From positions 3,573-67,572 of the forward strand of contig JANXYH010000129.1 of the NCBI GenBank assembly GCA_025350145.1: a stretch of DNA of 64,000 nt, in the 5' to 3' direction. This stretch comes from Burkholderiales bacterium. GTDB taxonomy: Bacteria; Pseudomonadota; Gammaproteobacteria; Burkholderiales; Burkholderiaceae_C. Both the position numbers and the translations under genes were made by a program. Shown piece after piece: positions 10,322-18,937 of the stretch (the stretch's first letter is position 1; every line of letters begins with the position of its first letter). Under the pieces are notes generated by a model. That model worked only from the letters and a program-made list of their open reading frames with translations, had not been told where the DNA came from and ran no database searches.

Positions 10322-11790
10322 GTGCCGATCTCCTTGGACACTGGCGTCGAGCCGACCGGGCCAGAGGCCGCCCAGCCGGCGATGACCGCCGAAAACAGGC
10401 CGGCATTGCCGCCGGCCCGCACGATGATGAGGCCGCCGGGGCGGAACTTGGGCACGGGTTTGCCCGCCATGGCCAGCGGCAGGCCTTCGGCTATGCCACC
10501 CGCCCCGACGACCAACTCGTCGCCATTGAGCAGCAGCAACTCCTCCAGCGCAGTGCGCAGGCGCGCCTTGCTCCAGCCGGCGTCGATGAAGACCCGGCTG
10601 TGCTCGGGGCTGACGACCAGCAGCGCGTCGCCGGCCATGGCCAGCTTGGCGTTGTCGACCGTGCGCAGGCTGGCGGCAAAGCTGCGCAGCAGCGACTCGG
10701 GCGTGCGCGACTTCTGGTCGACGATGCCTTGCACACCTTCGCCGGCAAACAAGGTCACGGTCGAGGCGTTGGCGGCAAAGCCGCGTTCGACCGACAGCGG
10801 CTCCCAGGCAGGATCCTCGTTCTCGGCGAAGCAGAAGCTGTATTTGCCGGGCGTGCCCAGGGTCGAGCGGTCGATCTCACCCGGCCGGCCACCGCCGACA
10901 TTGCGGATCACGAGTTGCAGCGCCCGGCCAATCGTGGCGTTGGCGCGGTGCCCCTGGCCGAGCGCGTTGACGCCGGAGTTGACGCCGACCGCCCGCCCCA
11001 ATGGGCCGTTGATGACCACCACCGGCCCGGCAAACATGGTGGTGCAGAGCAGGCCATGCATGCCGAACTCGTCGATCAGCGCGGCCTCGACTGCCGCCAG
11101 CACCAAGGGCAGGTACTCGGGCTTGCAGCCGGCCATGACGGCGTTGATCGCCACCTTCTCGACGGTGCAGGGCGCCAGGTCGGGCGGGATCAGGCCGATC
11201 AACTCGTCGCCGCGGCGGGTGGTGCCGGCGAGCATGCGCAGCACCCGCTGGGGCGTGGGTGGCACCAGCGGCAGGCCATCGCTCCAGCCACGCGCGTAGC
11301 AGGCCTCGATCTCGTCCTCGGCCTCGCCCAGCGCCACCTGGCGGGCCGCCAGGCCGGTGTCGCCGAAACGCACCAGCAAATCCTCGGCCACGCCCGGGTC
11401 GAGCGTCTTCGAGGCACAGCCGGCACGCCAGTCGGGCAGCGCCGCGCCCAGGCCGGGCCGGCCGCTGAGCCGCTGCCAGTCGCCGCGCTGCCAGCCGTAG
11501 GTGCGCCCAACCTCACGGCCGGCCTCGACCCGGATCAGGGTCGGCACGAATTCGATCCGCAAACGATAGGAATGCGCCAGGTCGGCGTCGAACCCCCGGC
11601 CAGCCAGGCCGGCGGCAAAGTCGCTGTCGTCCTGGACCCAGACCGTCAGCGGCAATTCGCCATCGGCCAACTCGGCCAATAGCGGTTCGACCAGGGTACA
11701 GGTCGGGCAATCGCGCTTGGCGACCACAATCAGGCCGTCGGGCATCGCGGGCAGGGCAGGCAGGGCAGGCAGGGCAGGCATGGCGGGCAT
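10318..11790 (-). CDS. thioredoxin-like (CPTC) domain fused to a large uncharacterised domain; partner of the UGSC selenoprotein
   Basis: About 490 aa from ATG 11790 (alternative ATGs at 11781 and 11745). The N-terminus reads LIVVAKRDCPTCTLVEPLL, a Trx-fold CxxC. It is followed by about 370 aa that I cannot assign (GWSDGLPLVPPTPQRV..., AINAVMAGCKPEYLP). Its stop overlaps the selenoprotein ATG (ATGA). The upstream part of the 790-aa ORF is antisense to the aldolase gene. Confidence 0.72.
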   Translation of the reverse strand: MPAMPALPALPALPAMPDGLIVVAKRDCPTCTLVEPLLAELADGELPLTVWVQDDSDFAAGLAGRGFDADLAHSYRLRIEFVPTLIRVEAGREVGRTYGWQRGDWQRLSGRPGLGAALPDWRAGCASKTLDPGVAEDLLVRFGDTGLAARQVALGEAEDEIEACYARGWSDGLPLVPPTPQRVLRMLAGTTRRGDELIGLIPPDLAPCTVEKVAINAVMAGCKPEYLPLVLAAVEAALIDEFGMHGLLCTTMFAGPVVVINGPLGRAVGVNSGVNALGQGHRANATIGRALQLVIRNVGGGRPGEIDRSTLGTPGKYSFCFAENEDPAWEPLSVERGFAANASTVTLFAGEGVQGIVDQKSRTPESLLRSFAASLRTVDNAKLAMAGDALLVVSPEHSRVFIDAGWSKARLRTALEELLLLNGDELVVGAGGIAEGLPLAMAGKPVPKFRPGGLIIVRAGGNAGLFSAVIAGWAASGPVGSTPVSKEIGT

Positions 11791-11898
11791 CGTGGCATTT
11801 TCGGCCGCAATCGCCCTGTCCCGACCGGGACAGCCGACCGCGCTGCTGCGGCTTTGCCGGTGATACGCTTTGCGCCACCCACTGCTGCCGACACCGCC

Positions 11899-12681
11899 AT
11901 GAACCAACCCCAAGCCCTGGACAGCCGCCCCGCCGACATCAGCACCACCGAATGGCAGGCGCGCTGCGACCTGGCGGCGCTGTACCGCATCGTCGAGCAC
12001 TTCGGCTGGACCGACATCCTGGCCACCCATATGTCGCTGCGCCTGCCGGACGAGCCCGAGGCCTTCCTGATCAACCACTACGAGGAGATGTTCCACGAGA
12101 TCACCGCCTCCAGCCTGATCAAGATGAGCCTGGATGGCCGGGTGCTGGGCCGACAGGGCCGTTTCAACTCGGCCGGGCTGACGATCCACAGCGGCGTCTA
12201 CAAGGCCAGGCCGGACGTGAATTGCGTGATGCACACCCACACCCGGGCTGGCGCCGGGGTATCGCTGATCCGCAATGGCCTGCGCCCGATCAGCCAGGAC
12301 GCGCTGATGGTGCTCGACGAGGTGGCCTACCACGACTACGGCCTGCCGGCCAGCGCCCAGGAGTGCGAGGCCTTGGGCGTCACCTGCCAGGCGGGCAACT
12401 GCGTGGTGCTGCTCAACCACGGCCTGTTGAGCTGCGCTGAGACCGTCCACGGCGCGCTGTTCCGGATGTACACGCTGGAGCGCGCCTGCGAGCTGGAACT
12501 GGTCTCGCGCCAGCTCGGGCAGGCACCGGTGATGGTCGCCCAGGAGGTCGTCGACGGCATCTCCAAGTCCATGCGCAAGTGGCGCCAGAAGCCCGACTTC
12601 GGCCTGCCCGAATGGAATGCGCTGCTGCGTCTGATCGACCGCAAGGTGGCCTCTGGCCAGCAGGACGACTACCGCTGCTGA
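11899..12681 (+). CDS. class II aldolase/adducin-domain protein
   Basis: About 260 aa from ATG 11899 (the track start 11854 is also possible). Motifs GWTDILATHMSLR, NCVMHTHT and VLLNHGLL. Confidence 0.85.
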   Translation: MNQPQALDSRPADISTTEWQARCDLAALYRIVEHFGWTDILATHMSLRLPDEPEAFLINHYEEMFHEITASSLIKMSLDGRVLGRQGRFNSAGLTIHSGVYKARPDVNCVMHTHTRAGAGVSLIRNGLRPISQDALMVLDEVAYHDYGLPASAQECEALGVTCQAGNCVVLLNHGLLSCAETVHGALFRMYTLERACELELVSRQLGQAPVMVAQEVVDGISKSMRKWRQKPDFGLPEWNALLRLIDRKVASGQQDDYRC

Positions 12682-12781
12682 ATTTGCCACGGGCCGGGCG
12701 CGGCCCGGGCAGCCGGGGCTTCAGTGGGGCGGGGATTGGCCGAAAAGGTCTGACCCCACACCCACCCCTTTGGAGCCCAGC

Positions 12782-12904
12782 ATGATCCGAATCACCGCCG
12801 CACTGTTGTGCGCCCTGGCTGCGGCCTGCAGCATCGTGTCTTGCGGCGGCGGCGGCGACGAAGCCTCGTCCGACAAGCTGACCGTCGTTGGCGCCGGCAA
12901 TTGA
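12782..12904 (+). CDS. candidate 40-aa lipoprotein (below the ORF-track size cutoff)
   Basis: The ATG is preceded by GGAG 7 nt upstream. The translation is MIRITAALLCALAAACSIVSCGGGGDEASSDKLTVVGAGN, a signal peptide plus a lipobox-like IVSC. It stops 17 nt before the next gene. Confidence 0.35.
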   Translation: MIRITAALLCALAAACSIVSCGGGGDEASSDKLTVVGAGN

Positions 12905-12921
12905 GCACGGGAGCCAAGACC

Positions 12922-13557
12922 ATGAAACCCAGCTCCTCGATCGGCCTGTGCCTGGCCCTGCTCGCGCCCGCCGCTCTCGCCCTGGACGCCAGCAGCGTCA
13001 AGCTGTCGGTGTATGCGGTGATGTTGTCCACCAGCCCGCTGTGCAGCAGCCCGGTCACGGTGTTTTCCAACCCCACGCCGGTCGACGTCGACTTCCTGTC
13101 CGGCCCTACCCTGGGCAAGGGCAGCCCGGCCGACGGCAGCTACAACTGCGTCATCATCAAGATGAAGGACCTGATCAGGTTCAAGCCCAGCTGCAGCGCC
13201 GGCAGTTGCCTGGCCGACACGGAGTACACGATCGACGTCTGCCGCAGCGACAACAGCGGCAGCACCGCCGCGCCCGACGCCAGCGGCGCCCCGATCGCCT
13301 GCACCGGCACCGACACCGCGCCGGCGGCCGACACCGTCTACCTCTACCTGACCACCAACAGCAGCGCCGGCAGCGGCGGCCAGACCTTCTCGCAGCCGAC
13401 CTCGACCGTCAGCGGCAATGGCCTGAACCTGACCGCGCCGCTGGTGATCTCGGGCAACGCCAAGTCCAAGTTCGTGGTCAACGCCAGCGGCAAGGTCGAT
13501 GGCAGCCATGGCCCCTGCGGCATGAACCCGCCGGTCTTCGGCTTCGAAAAGCTGTAG
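12922..13557 (+). CDS. secreted Cys-containing hypothetical protein
   Basis: 211 aa from ATG 12922 with GGGAG upstream. It has a clear signal peptide (MKPSSSIGLCLALLAPAALALDA). I recognise no family. Confidence 0.6.
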   Translation: MKPSSSIGLCLALLAPAALALDASSVKLSVYAVMLSTSPLCSSPVTVFSNPTPVDVDFLSGPTLGKGSPADGSYNCVIIKMKDLIRFKPSCSAGSCLADTEYTIDVCRSDNSGSTAAPDASGAPIACTGTDTAPAADTVYLYLTTNSSAGSGGQTFSQPTSTVSGNGLNLTAPLVISGNAKSKFVVNASGKVDGSHGPCGMNPPVFGFEKL

Positions 13558-13679
13558 CCCCTGCCGGTCAGCGTCGGGCGGCGCGCGGCCAACGCAGCGC
13601 GCGCCAGATGGAGGCGACCTGGCCGGCCACAAGGCCCTGGCGGCGTGGCTAAATTTCAGCCTGCCGGCCGCGCCGGGCG

Positions 13680-13709
13680 CTTGAAATGAGCGGCCGCGCA
13701 GCCAAGTCT
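13680..13709 (+). promoter_or_regulatory. possible sigma-32-type promoter for hsp20
   Basis: CTTGAAA, then 15 nt, then CCAAGTCT, about 75 nt upstream of the hsp20 ATG. The -10 match to CCCCAT-T is weak. Confidence 0.3.
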
Positions 13710-13784
13710 GGAGGCATCGCAGCAGCCACCCACCGGTGGCCCAGGGCTGCGATCCACCCACCTTGACCGCAGGAGTTCAGCACC

Positions 13785-14264
13785 ATGTTTTTCGTCCCCG
13801 CACCCCGCCGCGCTGCCCGTTTCGCCCACCCCCTGGCCGCATGGTTTGACGAGCGCCTTCTGGACACCTTGCCCGACCCGGCACCTGACCGCCGGGATGC
13901 CGCCGCCAGCGGCGCGGCGTCGGCGCAGCGCAGCCCGGCGCTGGAGCTGCGCGACGACGACGCCGGCTACACCGTCCAGCTCGACATGCCCGGGGTCGGC
14001 AAGGACGCCATCCAGGTCGCCATCGACGGCCGCGATGTCACGGTCCAGACCGGCGCACCGAGCCCAGCGCCTGCCGACGCCGCCGCCGCGCCGCCGCAGC
14101 GGGTGGTCTACAGCGAACGCCGCCAGGCCAGCTATGCCCGCAGCTTCAGGCTGCCCACCGAGATCGACCAGGCCGGCTCATCCGCCCGGCTGGAAAACGG
14201 TGTGCTGACGCTGACCCTGGCCAAGAAGGTGGCCCCGCGGGCAGCGCAGCTGACCGTCAACTGA
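13785..14264 (+). CDS. Hsp20/alpha-crystallin family small heat-shock protein
   Basis: 159 aa. Alpha-crystallin-domain pattern (YTVQLDMPGVGKDAIQVAIDGRDVTV ... ARLENGVLTLTLAKK). Confidence 0.88.
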   Translation: MFFVPAPRRAARFAHPLAAWFDERLLDTLPDPAPDRRDAAASGAASAQRSPALELRDDDAGYTVQLDMPGVGKDAIQVAIDGRDVTVQTGAPSPAPADAAAAPPQRVVYSERRQASYARSFRLPTEIDQAGSSARLENGVLTLTLAKKVAPRAAQLTVN

Positions 14265-14385
14265 CTCAGGGCAGCGCAGCTGACCGTCAACTGACTCAGG
14301 GCAGCGCAGCTGACCGTCAACTGACCCAGGGCGGCGCAGCTGACCGTCAACTGACTCAGGGCGGCGCAGCTGACCGTCAACTGAT
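14241..14385. repeat. 30-bp tandem repeat, about 4.8 copies
   Basis: The unit is gcagcgcagctgaccgtcaactgactcagg, at 14241, 14271, 14301, 14331 and 14361 with 1-2 substitutions per copy. The first copy holds the hsp20 stop and the last holds the tsaD stop. Confidence 0.95.
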
Positions 14386-15411
14386 CTGGTCCAGCGCCCA
14401 GCGCGGCCGCACGTCAAAGGCGTAGTCCTTGGTCGCTGCGGCCGCGCCGCTTTGCAGCCGCATTGCCGCCGCCAGGGCGATCATGGCGCCGTTGTCGGTG
14501 CACAGCGCCAGCGCCGGGTAGTGGACGCGAAAGCCCGATCGCAGCGCCGCCGCGTCGAGCTGCCGACGCAACTCGGCATTGGCGCCTACGCCGCCCGAGA
14601 CCACCAGCCGTGTCAGGCCAGTGGCCTTGAGCGCGGCCAGTGACTTCTTGACCAGCACCTCGACGATTGCCGCCTGGGCAGAGGCCGCCAGATCGGCGAG
14701 TTGCTGGGTGCTCGGCGCTGGCCCGAGCTTGCGGTGCTGGACCATCACGGCGGTCTTCAGTCCGGCAAAGGAGAAATCCAGGTCGCCGCTGTGCAGCAAG
14801 GGCCGCGGCAGCTTGAAGGCCCCGGCATCGCCCTGCGTCGCCAGCTGCGCCAGCGCCGGACCGCCCGGATAGCCCAGGCCCAGCAGTTTGGCGCTCTTGT
14901 CGAAGGCCTCGCCGGCCGCGTCGTCAATCGTCTCGCCGAGCAAGTGGTAGTCGCCCACCGCCGCAACTCGCATCAACTGGGTGTGGCCGCCCGAGACCAG
15001 CAGGGCGACGAAGGGGAATTGCGGCGCGTCGGCCGAGAGGAAGGGCGACAGCAGGTGGCCCTCAAGGTGGTGCACGCCCAGCGTTGGCCGGTCCAGCGCC
15101 GCAGCCAGGGCACAGGCCACCCCGGCGCCGACCAGCAGCGCGCCGGCCAGGCCCGGCCCGCGGGTGAAGGCGACCACGTCGATTTGGCGCAGACCGATGC
15201 CAGCCTCGGCCAGCACCTGGCGGGTCAGCGGCAGGACCCGCCGAATGTGGTCGCGCGAGGCCAGCTCGGGCACCACGCCGCCGTAATCGGCGTGCATCGC
15301 GACCTGGCTGTGCAGGGCCTGCGCCAGCAAGCTCGGGATCGCCGGCCCGGTCGCGCGCACCAGCGCGACGCCCGTTTCGTCACAGGAGGATTCGATGCCC
15401 AGGACATGCAT
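14377..15411 (-). CDS. tsaD: tRNA N6-adenosine threonylcarbamoyltransferase TsaD
   Basis: 344 aa from ATG 15411 ([18 protein letters not shown]..., [24 protein letters not shown]). Confidence 0.93.
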   Translation of the reverse strand: MHVLGIESSCDETGVALVRATGPAIPSLLAQALHSQVAMHADYGGVVPELASRDHIRRVLPLTRQVLAEAGIGLRQIDVVAFTRGPGLAGALLVGAGVACALAAALDRPTLGVHHLEGHLLSPFLSADAPQFPFVALLVSGGHTQLMRVAAVGDYHLLGETIDDAAGEAFDKSAKLLGLGYPGGPALAQLATQGDAGAFKLPRPLLHSGDLDFSFAGLKTAVMVQHRKLGPAPSTQQLADLAASAQAAIVEVLVKKSLAALKATGLTRLVVSGGVGANAELRRQLDAAALRSGFRVHYPALALCTDNGAMIALAAAMRLQSGAAAATKDYAFDVRPRWALDQIS

Positions 15412-15479
15412 GGGCCGGCAGTGTAGGCAGGTGGCTGTTGCCCGCGACCCACACCGCGGGCCACCGGCCACAGCGCGGT

Positions 15480-15728
15480 TCAACTGTCGAGGCGGTCGCT
15501 GCGCCCATCCGGCGCGACTTCGGCCGCGTCGATGTTGGCGTCGAAGGCGCTCAACTCCTGACCCAAAGCGGGCGCGTTCGGGTCAAGCGCCAGCAGCGGC
15601 TTGTCCAGCGGACGGCAGATGTGCCGTTGCAGGCGCTCCAGGCGGCCGGAGCGCTCGATCTGGGCCAGCACGGCCTGCGGATCGATCATCATTGCAAACG
15701 GGTTGGCGCTGCGTGGCAGGTATTGCAT
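15480..15728 (-). CDS. hypothetical protein (82 aa)
   Basis: ATG with GGAG 8 nt upstream. GC3-rich codons are consistent with host coding. I recognise no family. Confidence 0.5.
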   Translation of the reverse strand: MQYLPRSANPFAMMIDPQAVLAQIERSGRLERLQRHICRPLDKPLLALDPNAPALGQELSAFDANIDAAEVAPDGRSDRLDS

Positions 15729-15862
15729 CCAGGATCTCCAAGGGATGGACTCGATGCCCCCAATCTAGCGCCGGGTCGCGCGCCTGCCCAGTGGCTGGGC
15801 AGCGCTGCCAGTTGTCAGGCAACGCCTGACAAGGCCGTCAGGCGCGGCGCGCTGGCCGTGTC

Positions 15863-16504
15863 CTACTTCACGCCGGCCGTCAATTGCGGCAATAGATAGT
15901 CCCGCCCCGCCGCTTTGGCCACCTCCAGCACGGTTTGTTCGCGGTCGTTGCGCAGGCTGCGGTCGGCGCCCCGCGCCAGCAGCAGCGTGACCGTGGCCTC
16001 GGCGCCGAAGCGGGCGGCCATCATCAACGCGGTGTCGCCACGCGGCGACCGCGCGTCAATCGCCGCGCCCTTGTCCAGCAGCAGTTGGACCGCGTCTGTG
16101 GCCGGCCCGGTGGCGGCGTACAGCAGCGGCGACCAGCCCTCGCGCTGGACCTGCGCGCCGCGCGCCAGCAAGCGCAGCACCCATGCCGTGTGGCCCTTCA
16201 GCGCCGCCATCATCAGCGGCGTCTCGCGCACCGCATTGGCGGCGTCGACCTCCAACTGGGGGTGGGCAATCAGCAGCTCGGCGACCTTGAAACCACCCTC
16301 GCGCAGGCAGAGGTAAAGCGCCACCTGGCCCTTCTCGTCGCGCGAATTGGGGTCGAAGCCGCGTCCCAGCAAGGCCTGGACGGCAGGCCCGTCGTCCACG
16401 CTGAGGGCTTTGAAAAAATCCTCATAGCTGCCGGCATTTGCGTAAAAACTCGCAAATAGAACAATCAGATAGAGCGGATTCTTAATCCATGACATGAACT
16501 TCAT
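15863..16504 (-). CDS. secreted ankyrin-repeat protein
   Basis: 213 aa. It has a signal peptide (LYLIVLFASFYANAGS) and repeated TPLMMAA..GH...V.LLL..GA ankyrin units. Its ATG overlaps the tatD stop (ATGA). Confidence 0.85.
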   Translation of the reverse strand: MKFMSWIKNPLYLIVLFASFYANAGSYEDFFKALSVDDGPAVQALLGRGFDPNSRDEKGQVALYLCLREGGFKVAELLIAHPQLEVDAANAVRETPLMMAALKGHTAWVLRLLARGAQVQREGWSPLLYAATGPATDAVQLLLDKGAAIDARSPRGDTALMMAARFGAEATVTLLLARGADRSLRNDREQTVLEVAKAAGRDYLLPQLTAGVK

Positions 16505-17319
16505 CTCGGCTCCCGACCGGGTTCGCTGGCGGATCGCGCAAGGCCATCGGGGCGGAACAATCGCTCGAAGTTGCGGCTGGTGGCGGCCGCAATCTCGGCC
16601 ACGCCCAGGCCTTTGACCTCGGCCAGTTTGGCCGCCACATGGGGCACGTAGGCGGGCGAGTTGGTCTTGCCGCGGTAGGGCACCGGCGCCAGGTAGGGGC
16701 TGTCGGTCTCGATCAGGCAGCGGTCCAACGGCACGAACGCGGCCAGGTCGCGCAGGTCCTGGGCGTTACGGAAGGTGAGGATGCCCGAGAACGAGATATG
16801 AAAACCCAGGTCGAGCGCGGCGCGGGCGACTTCGGCGGTCTCGGTGAAGCAATGGAACACGCCACCCGCCTCGCCGCCCTGCTCCTGCGCCAGGATGGCC
16901 AGGGTGTCGGCCGAGGCGCTGCGGGTGTGGATCACCAGCGGCTTGGCACACAGCCGGGCGGCGCGGATGTGGGTGCGGTAGCGCTCGCGCTGCCACGCCA
17001 TGGCCTCGACGCTGCGGCCGTTGAGGCGGTAGTAGTCCAGCCCGGTCTCGCCCAGCGCCAGCACGCGCGGGTGGGCGGCGAGGCGGCACAGGGTGGCCAG
17101 ATCGGGTTCGGCCACGCCCTCGTTGTCGGGATGGACGCCGGCGGTGGCCCAAAAATTGTCATAGCGCGTGGCCAGGCCGAGCACGCTGTCAAATTCCTCC
17201 AGCGTGGTGCAAATCACCAGCGCCCGGTCGACCTGTGCGGCGGCCATGTCGGCGCGAATCGCATCGATCCGCTCGAACAAGCCGGGAAAGCTCAGGTGGC
17301 AGTGGGAATCGACAAACAT
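16501..17319 (-). CDS. TatD-family metal-dependent hydrolase (YcfH-like)
   Basis: 272 aa. MFVDSHCHL, GVHP, GETGLDY and the IETDSPYL motifs. Confidence 0.9.
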   Translation of the reverse strand: MFVDSHCHLSFPGLFERIDAIRADMAAAQVDRALVICTTLEEFDSVLGLATRYDNFWATAGVHPDNEGVAEPDLATLCRLAAHPRVLALGETGLDYYRLNGRSVEAMAWQRERYRTHIRAARLCAKPLVIHTRSASADTLAILAQEQGGEAGGVFHCFTETAEVARAALDLGFHISFSGILTFRNAQDLRDLAAFVPLDRCLIETDSPYLAPVPYRGKTNSPAYVPHVAAKLAEVKGLGVAEIAAATSRNFERLFRPDGLARSASEPGREPR

Positions 17320-17372
17320 GGGCGGATGGCGGGTCGCACGCGGCGCCGCAGCGGCGCGCTGACGCGGCGGGC

Positions 17373-17792
17373 CTAGACGGTCTGGGTCGGCTTGCTGGAC
17401 GAAATCTGAACGCCCAGGATGGCCTCGATCTTGATCTTGAGCAACTTGCTCTTTTCGTCGTTCGGGAAACGCACCCCCACGCCCTGGGTGCGCCCGCCCG
17501 AGGCGTTGGCCGGGGTGATCCAGGCCACGCGCCCGGCCACAGGGTATTTCTGCGGGTCCTCGGGCAGGGTCAGCAGCAGGTACACGTCGTCGCCCAGGCG
17601 CAATTCCTTCAGGCTGGGCACGAACAGTCCACCCTCCAGAAACAGCGGCACATAGGCGGCGTAGAGCGCGCCCTTTTCGCGGAAGGTGAGTTGGATGACG
17701 CTGTGCCTGGCCGAGGCCAGGCCAGTGCCCGTTCCAGCCGGCGCGGCGACGCCGCCAGCGTCTGCGCCGGCACGCGCGGGGGATTCAGCCAT
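17373..17792 (-). CDS. PilZ-domain protein
   Basis: About 139 aa from ATG 17792. It has the YVPLFLEGGLFVPS...GVGVRF pattern and the expected position between holB and tatD. Confidence 0.78.
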   Translation of the reverse strand: MAESPARAGADAGGVAAPAGTGTGLASARHSVIQLTFREKGALYAAYVPLFLEGGLFVPSLKELRLGDDVYLLLTLPEDPQKYPVAGRVAWITPANASGGRTQGVGVRFPNDEKSKLLKIKIEAILGVQISSSKPTQTV

Positions 17793-17861
17793 GGGGTGTC
17801 TCGGCAAAGGCCATGGCGACGAGTGTAGTCAAGGCCATCGGCCCCACAGTCGAGCGGCCCC

Positions 17862-18932
17862 TCAGGCCCAGATCGGGCCGGCCAACAGCACCAGCGACTC
17901 GACCAACAGCGCCGCCTGCCAGGGGTGCTCGGCATGGCGGGCGGTGCGCAGCAAAGCGGCGTGCCAGGCGCCGATCGTGTCGATCCGGCTGGCCGGCACC
18001 GGCCTGGCGGCGAAGCTGCTGGCAGCAAAGTAGCGCGGCGTGCCGCCCACGGCCAGGGCCGCCCAGTCGTGGGCCAGGCGCAGCAGCAAATCGACCACCC
18101 GGGGCACGGGCTGGCCGGCCAGGCTGCTGGCGTCGCCGGTGGCGATGCGCTGCGGCAATTCGGCCACCATCGCCGCAGTGATGCCGCCATGGGCCCAGTC
18201 CAAGGCCTGCAAGGGGCTGCCGCCGCACAGGCGCAGCAGCGGCTCGGGCAGCGCCAGGCCCTGGCCCTGCAGCCAGGCCGTGGCCTGGTCGGCCGTGGGC
18301 AGCCCGAGGCCCAGGCGCTGGCAGCGGCTGCGCAGCGTCGGCAACAGGCGCTCGGGGTCGGTGCTGCTCAGCACCAAGCGGAGTTGGCCAGGGGGCTCCT
18401 CCAGCGTCTTCAGCAGGGCGTTGGCCGATTGCAGGTTGAGCGTGTCGGCGGGGTGGATCAACAACAGCTTGCCCCGCCCTCGCCCGCTGCTTTGCTGCGA
18501 CCAGGCGATCGCCCGGCGGATTTGGACGATGCGCACTTCCTTGCTCGGCTTGGTCTCGCCCTTGGGGGCGTCCTCGTCGTCGTCGCTGGCCCAGCCCAGT
18601 TCGCGGCGCAGGGCAAACGGCGCCAGCAGCAGGAAGTCGGGGTGGCTGCGCTGCTGCAAGCGCAGGCAGGCGGTGCAGCGGCCGCAGGGGCGCGGCGCGG
18701 GCGGGCTGTCGGCCTCGCACAGCAGCGACTGCGCCAGCATCAGCATGAACGCCAGGTGCCCGGCGCCGGCCGGCCCGTGCACCAGCAGGGCATGCGCGTT
18801 GGCCATCGACAGGGCCTGGCGGAGTGGGCCGGCGAGCCAGGGCAAGGCGCCAACGCCATGCCAGTCCGACGCCGCTGCCACCTCGCGCCGGGCGCTGCTG
18901 AGGGGGTCGGGGCTGGCGATGCGGCTGGCCAC
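17862..18932 (-). CDS. holB: DNA polymerase III subunit delta-prime
   Basis: 356 aa with a GTG start. Motifs HALLVHGPAGAG, CGRCTACLRLQQRSHPD and LKTLEEPP. Confidence 0.85.
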   Translation of the reverse strand: MASRIASPDPLSSARREVAAASDWHGVGALPWLAGPLRQALSMANAHALLVHGPAGAGHLAFMLMLAQSLLCEADSPPAPRPCGRCTACLRLQQRSHPDFLLLAPFALRRELGWASDDDEDAPKGETKPSKEVRIVQIRRAIAWSQQSSGRGRGKLLLIHPADTLNLQSANALLKTLEEPPGQLRLVLSSTDPERLLPTLRSRCQRLGLGLPTADQATAWLQGQGLALPEPLLRLCGGSPLQALDWAHGGITAAMVAELPQRIATGDASSLAGQPVPRVVDLLLRLAHDWAALAVGGTPRYFAASSFAARPVPASRIDTIGAWHAALLRTARHAEHPWQAALLVESLVLLAGPIWA

Positions 18933-18937
18933 CCTGG

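Noticed and set aside
10318-12690. 790-aa ORF as a single protein
   Set aside because: Residues upstream of 11790 are low-complexity antisense of the well-supported aldolase gene. Recognisable sequence starts at the Trx domain.
14132-14417. Possible CRISPR array or repeat-peptide ORFs (track ORFs 14132..14380 and 14178..14417) at the 30-bp repeats
   Set aside because: The units are directly adjacent with no spacers, so this is not CRISPR. The ORFs merely translate the tandem repeat antisense to the hsp20 end.
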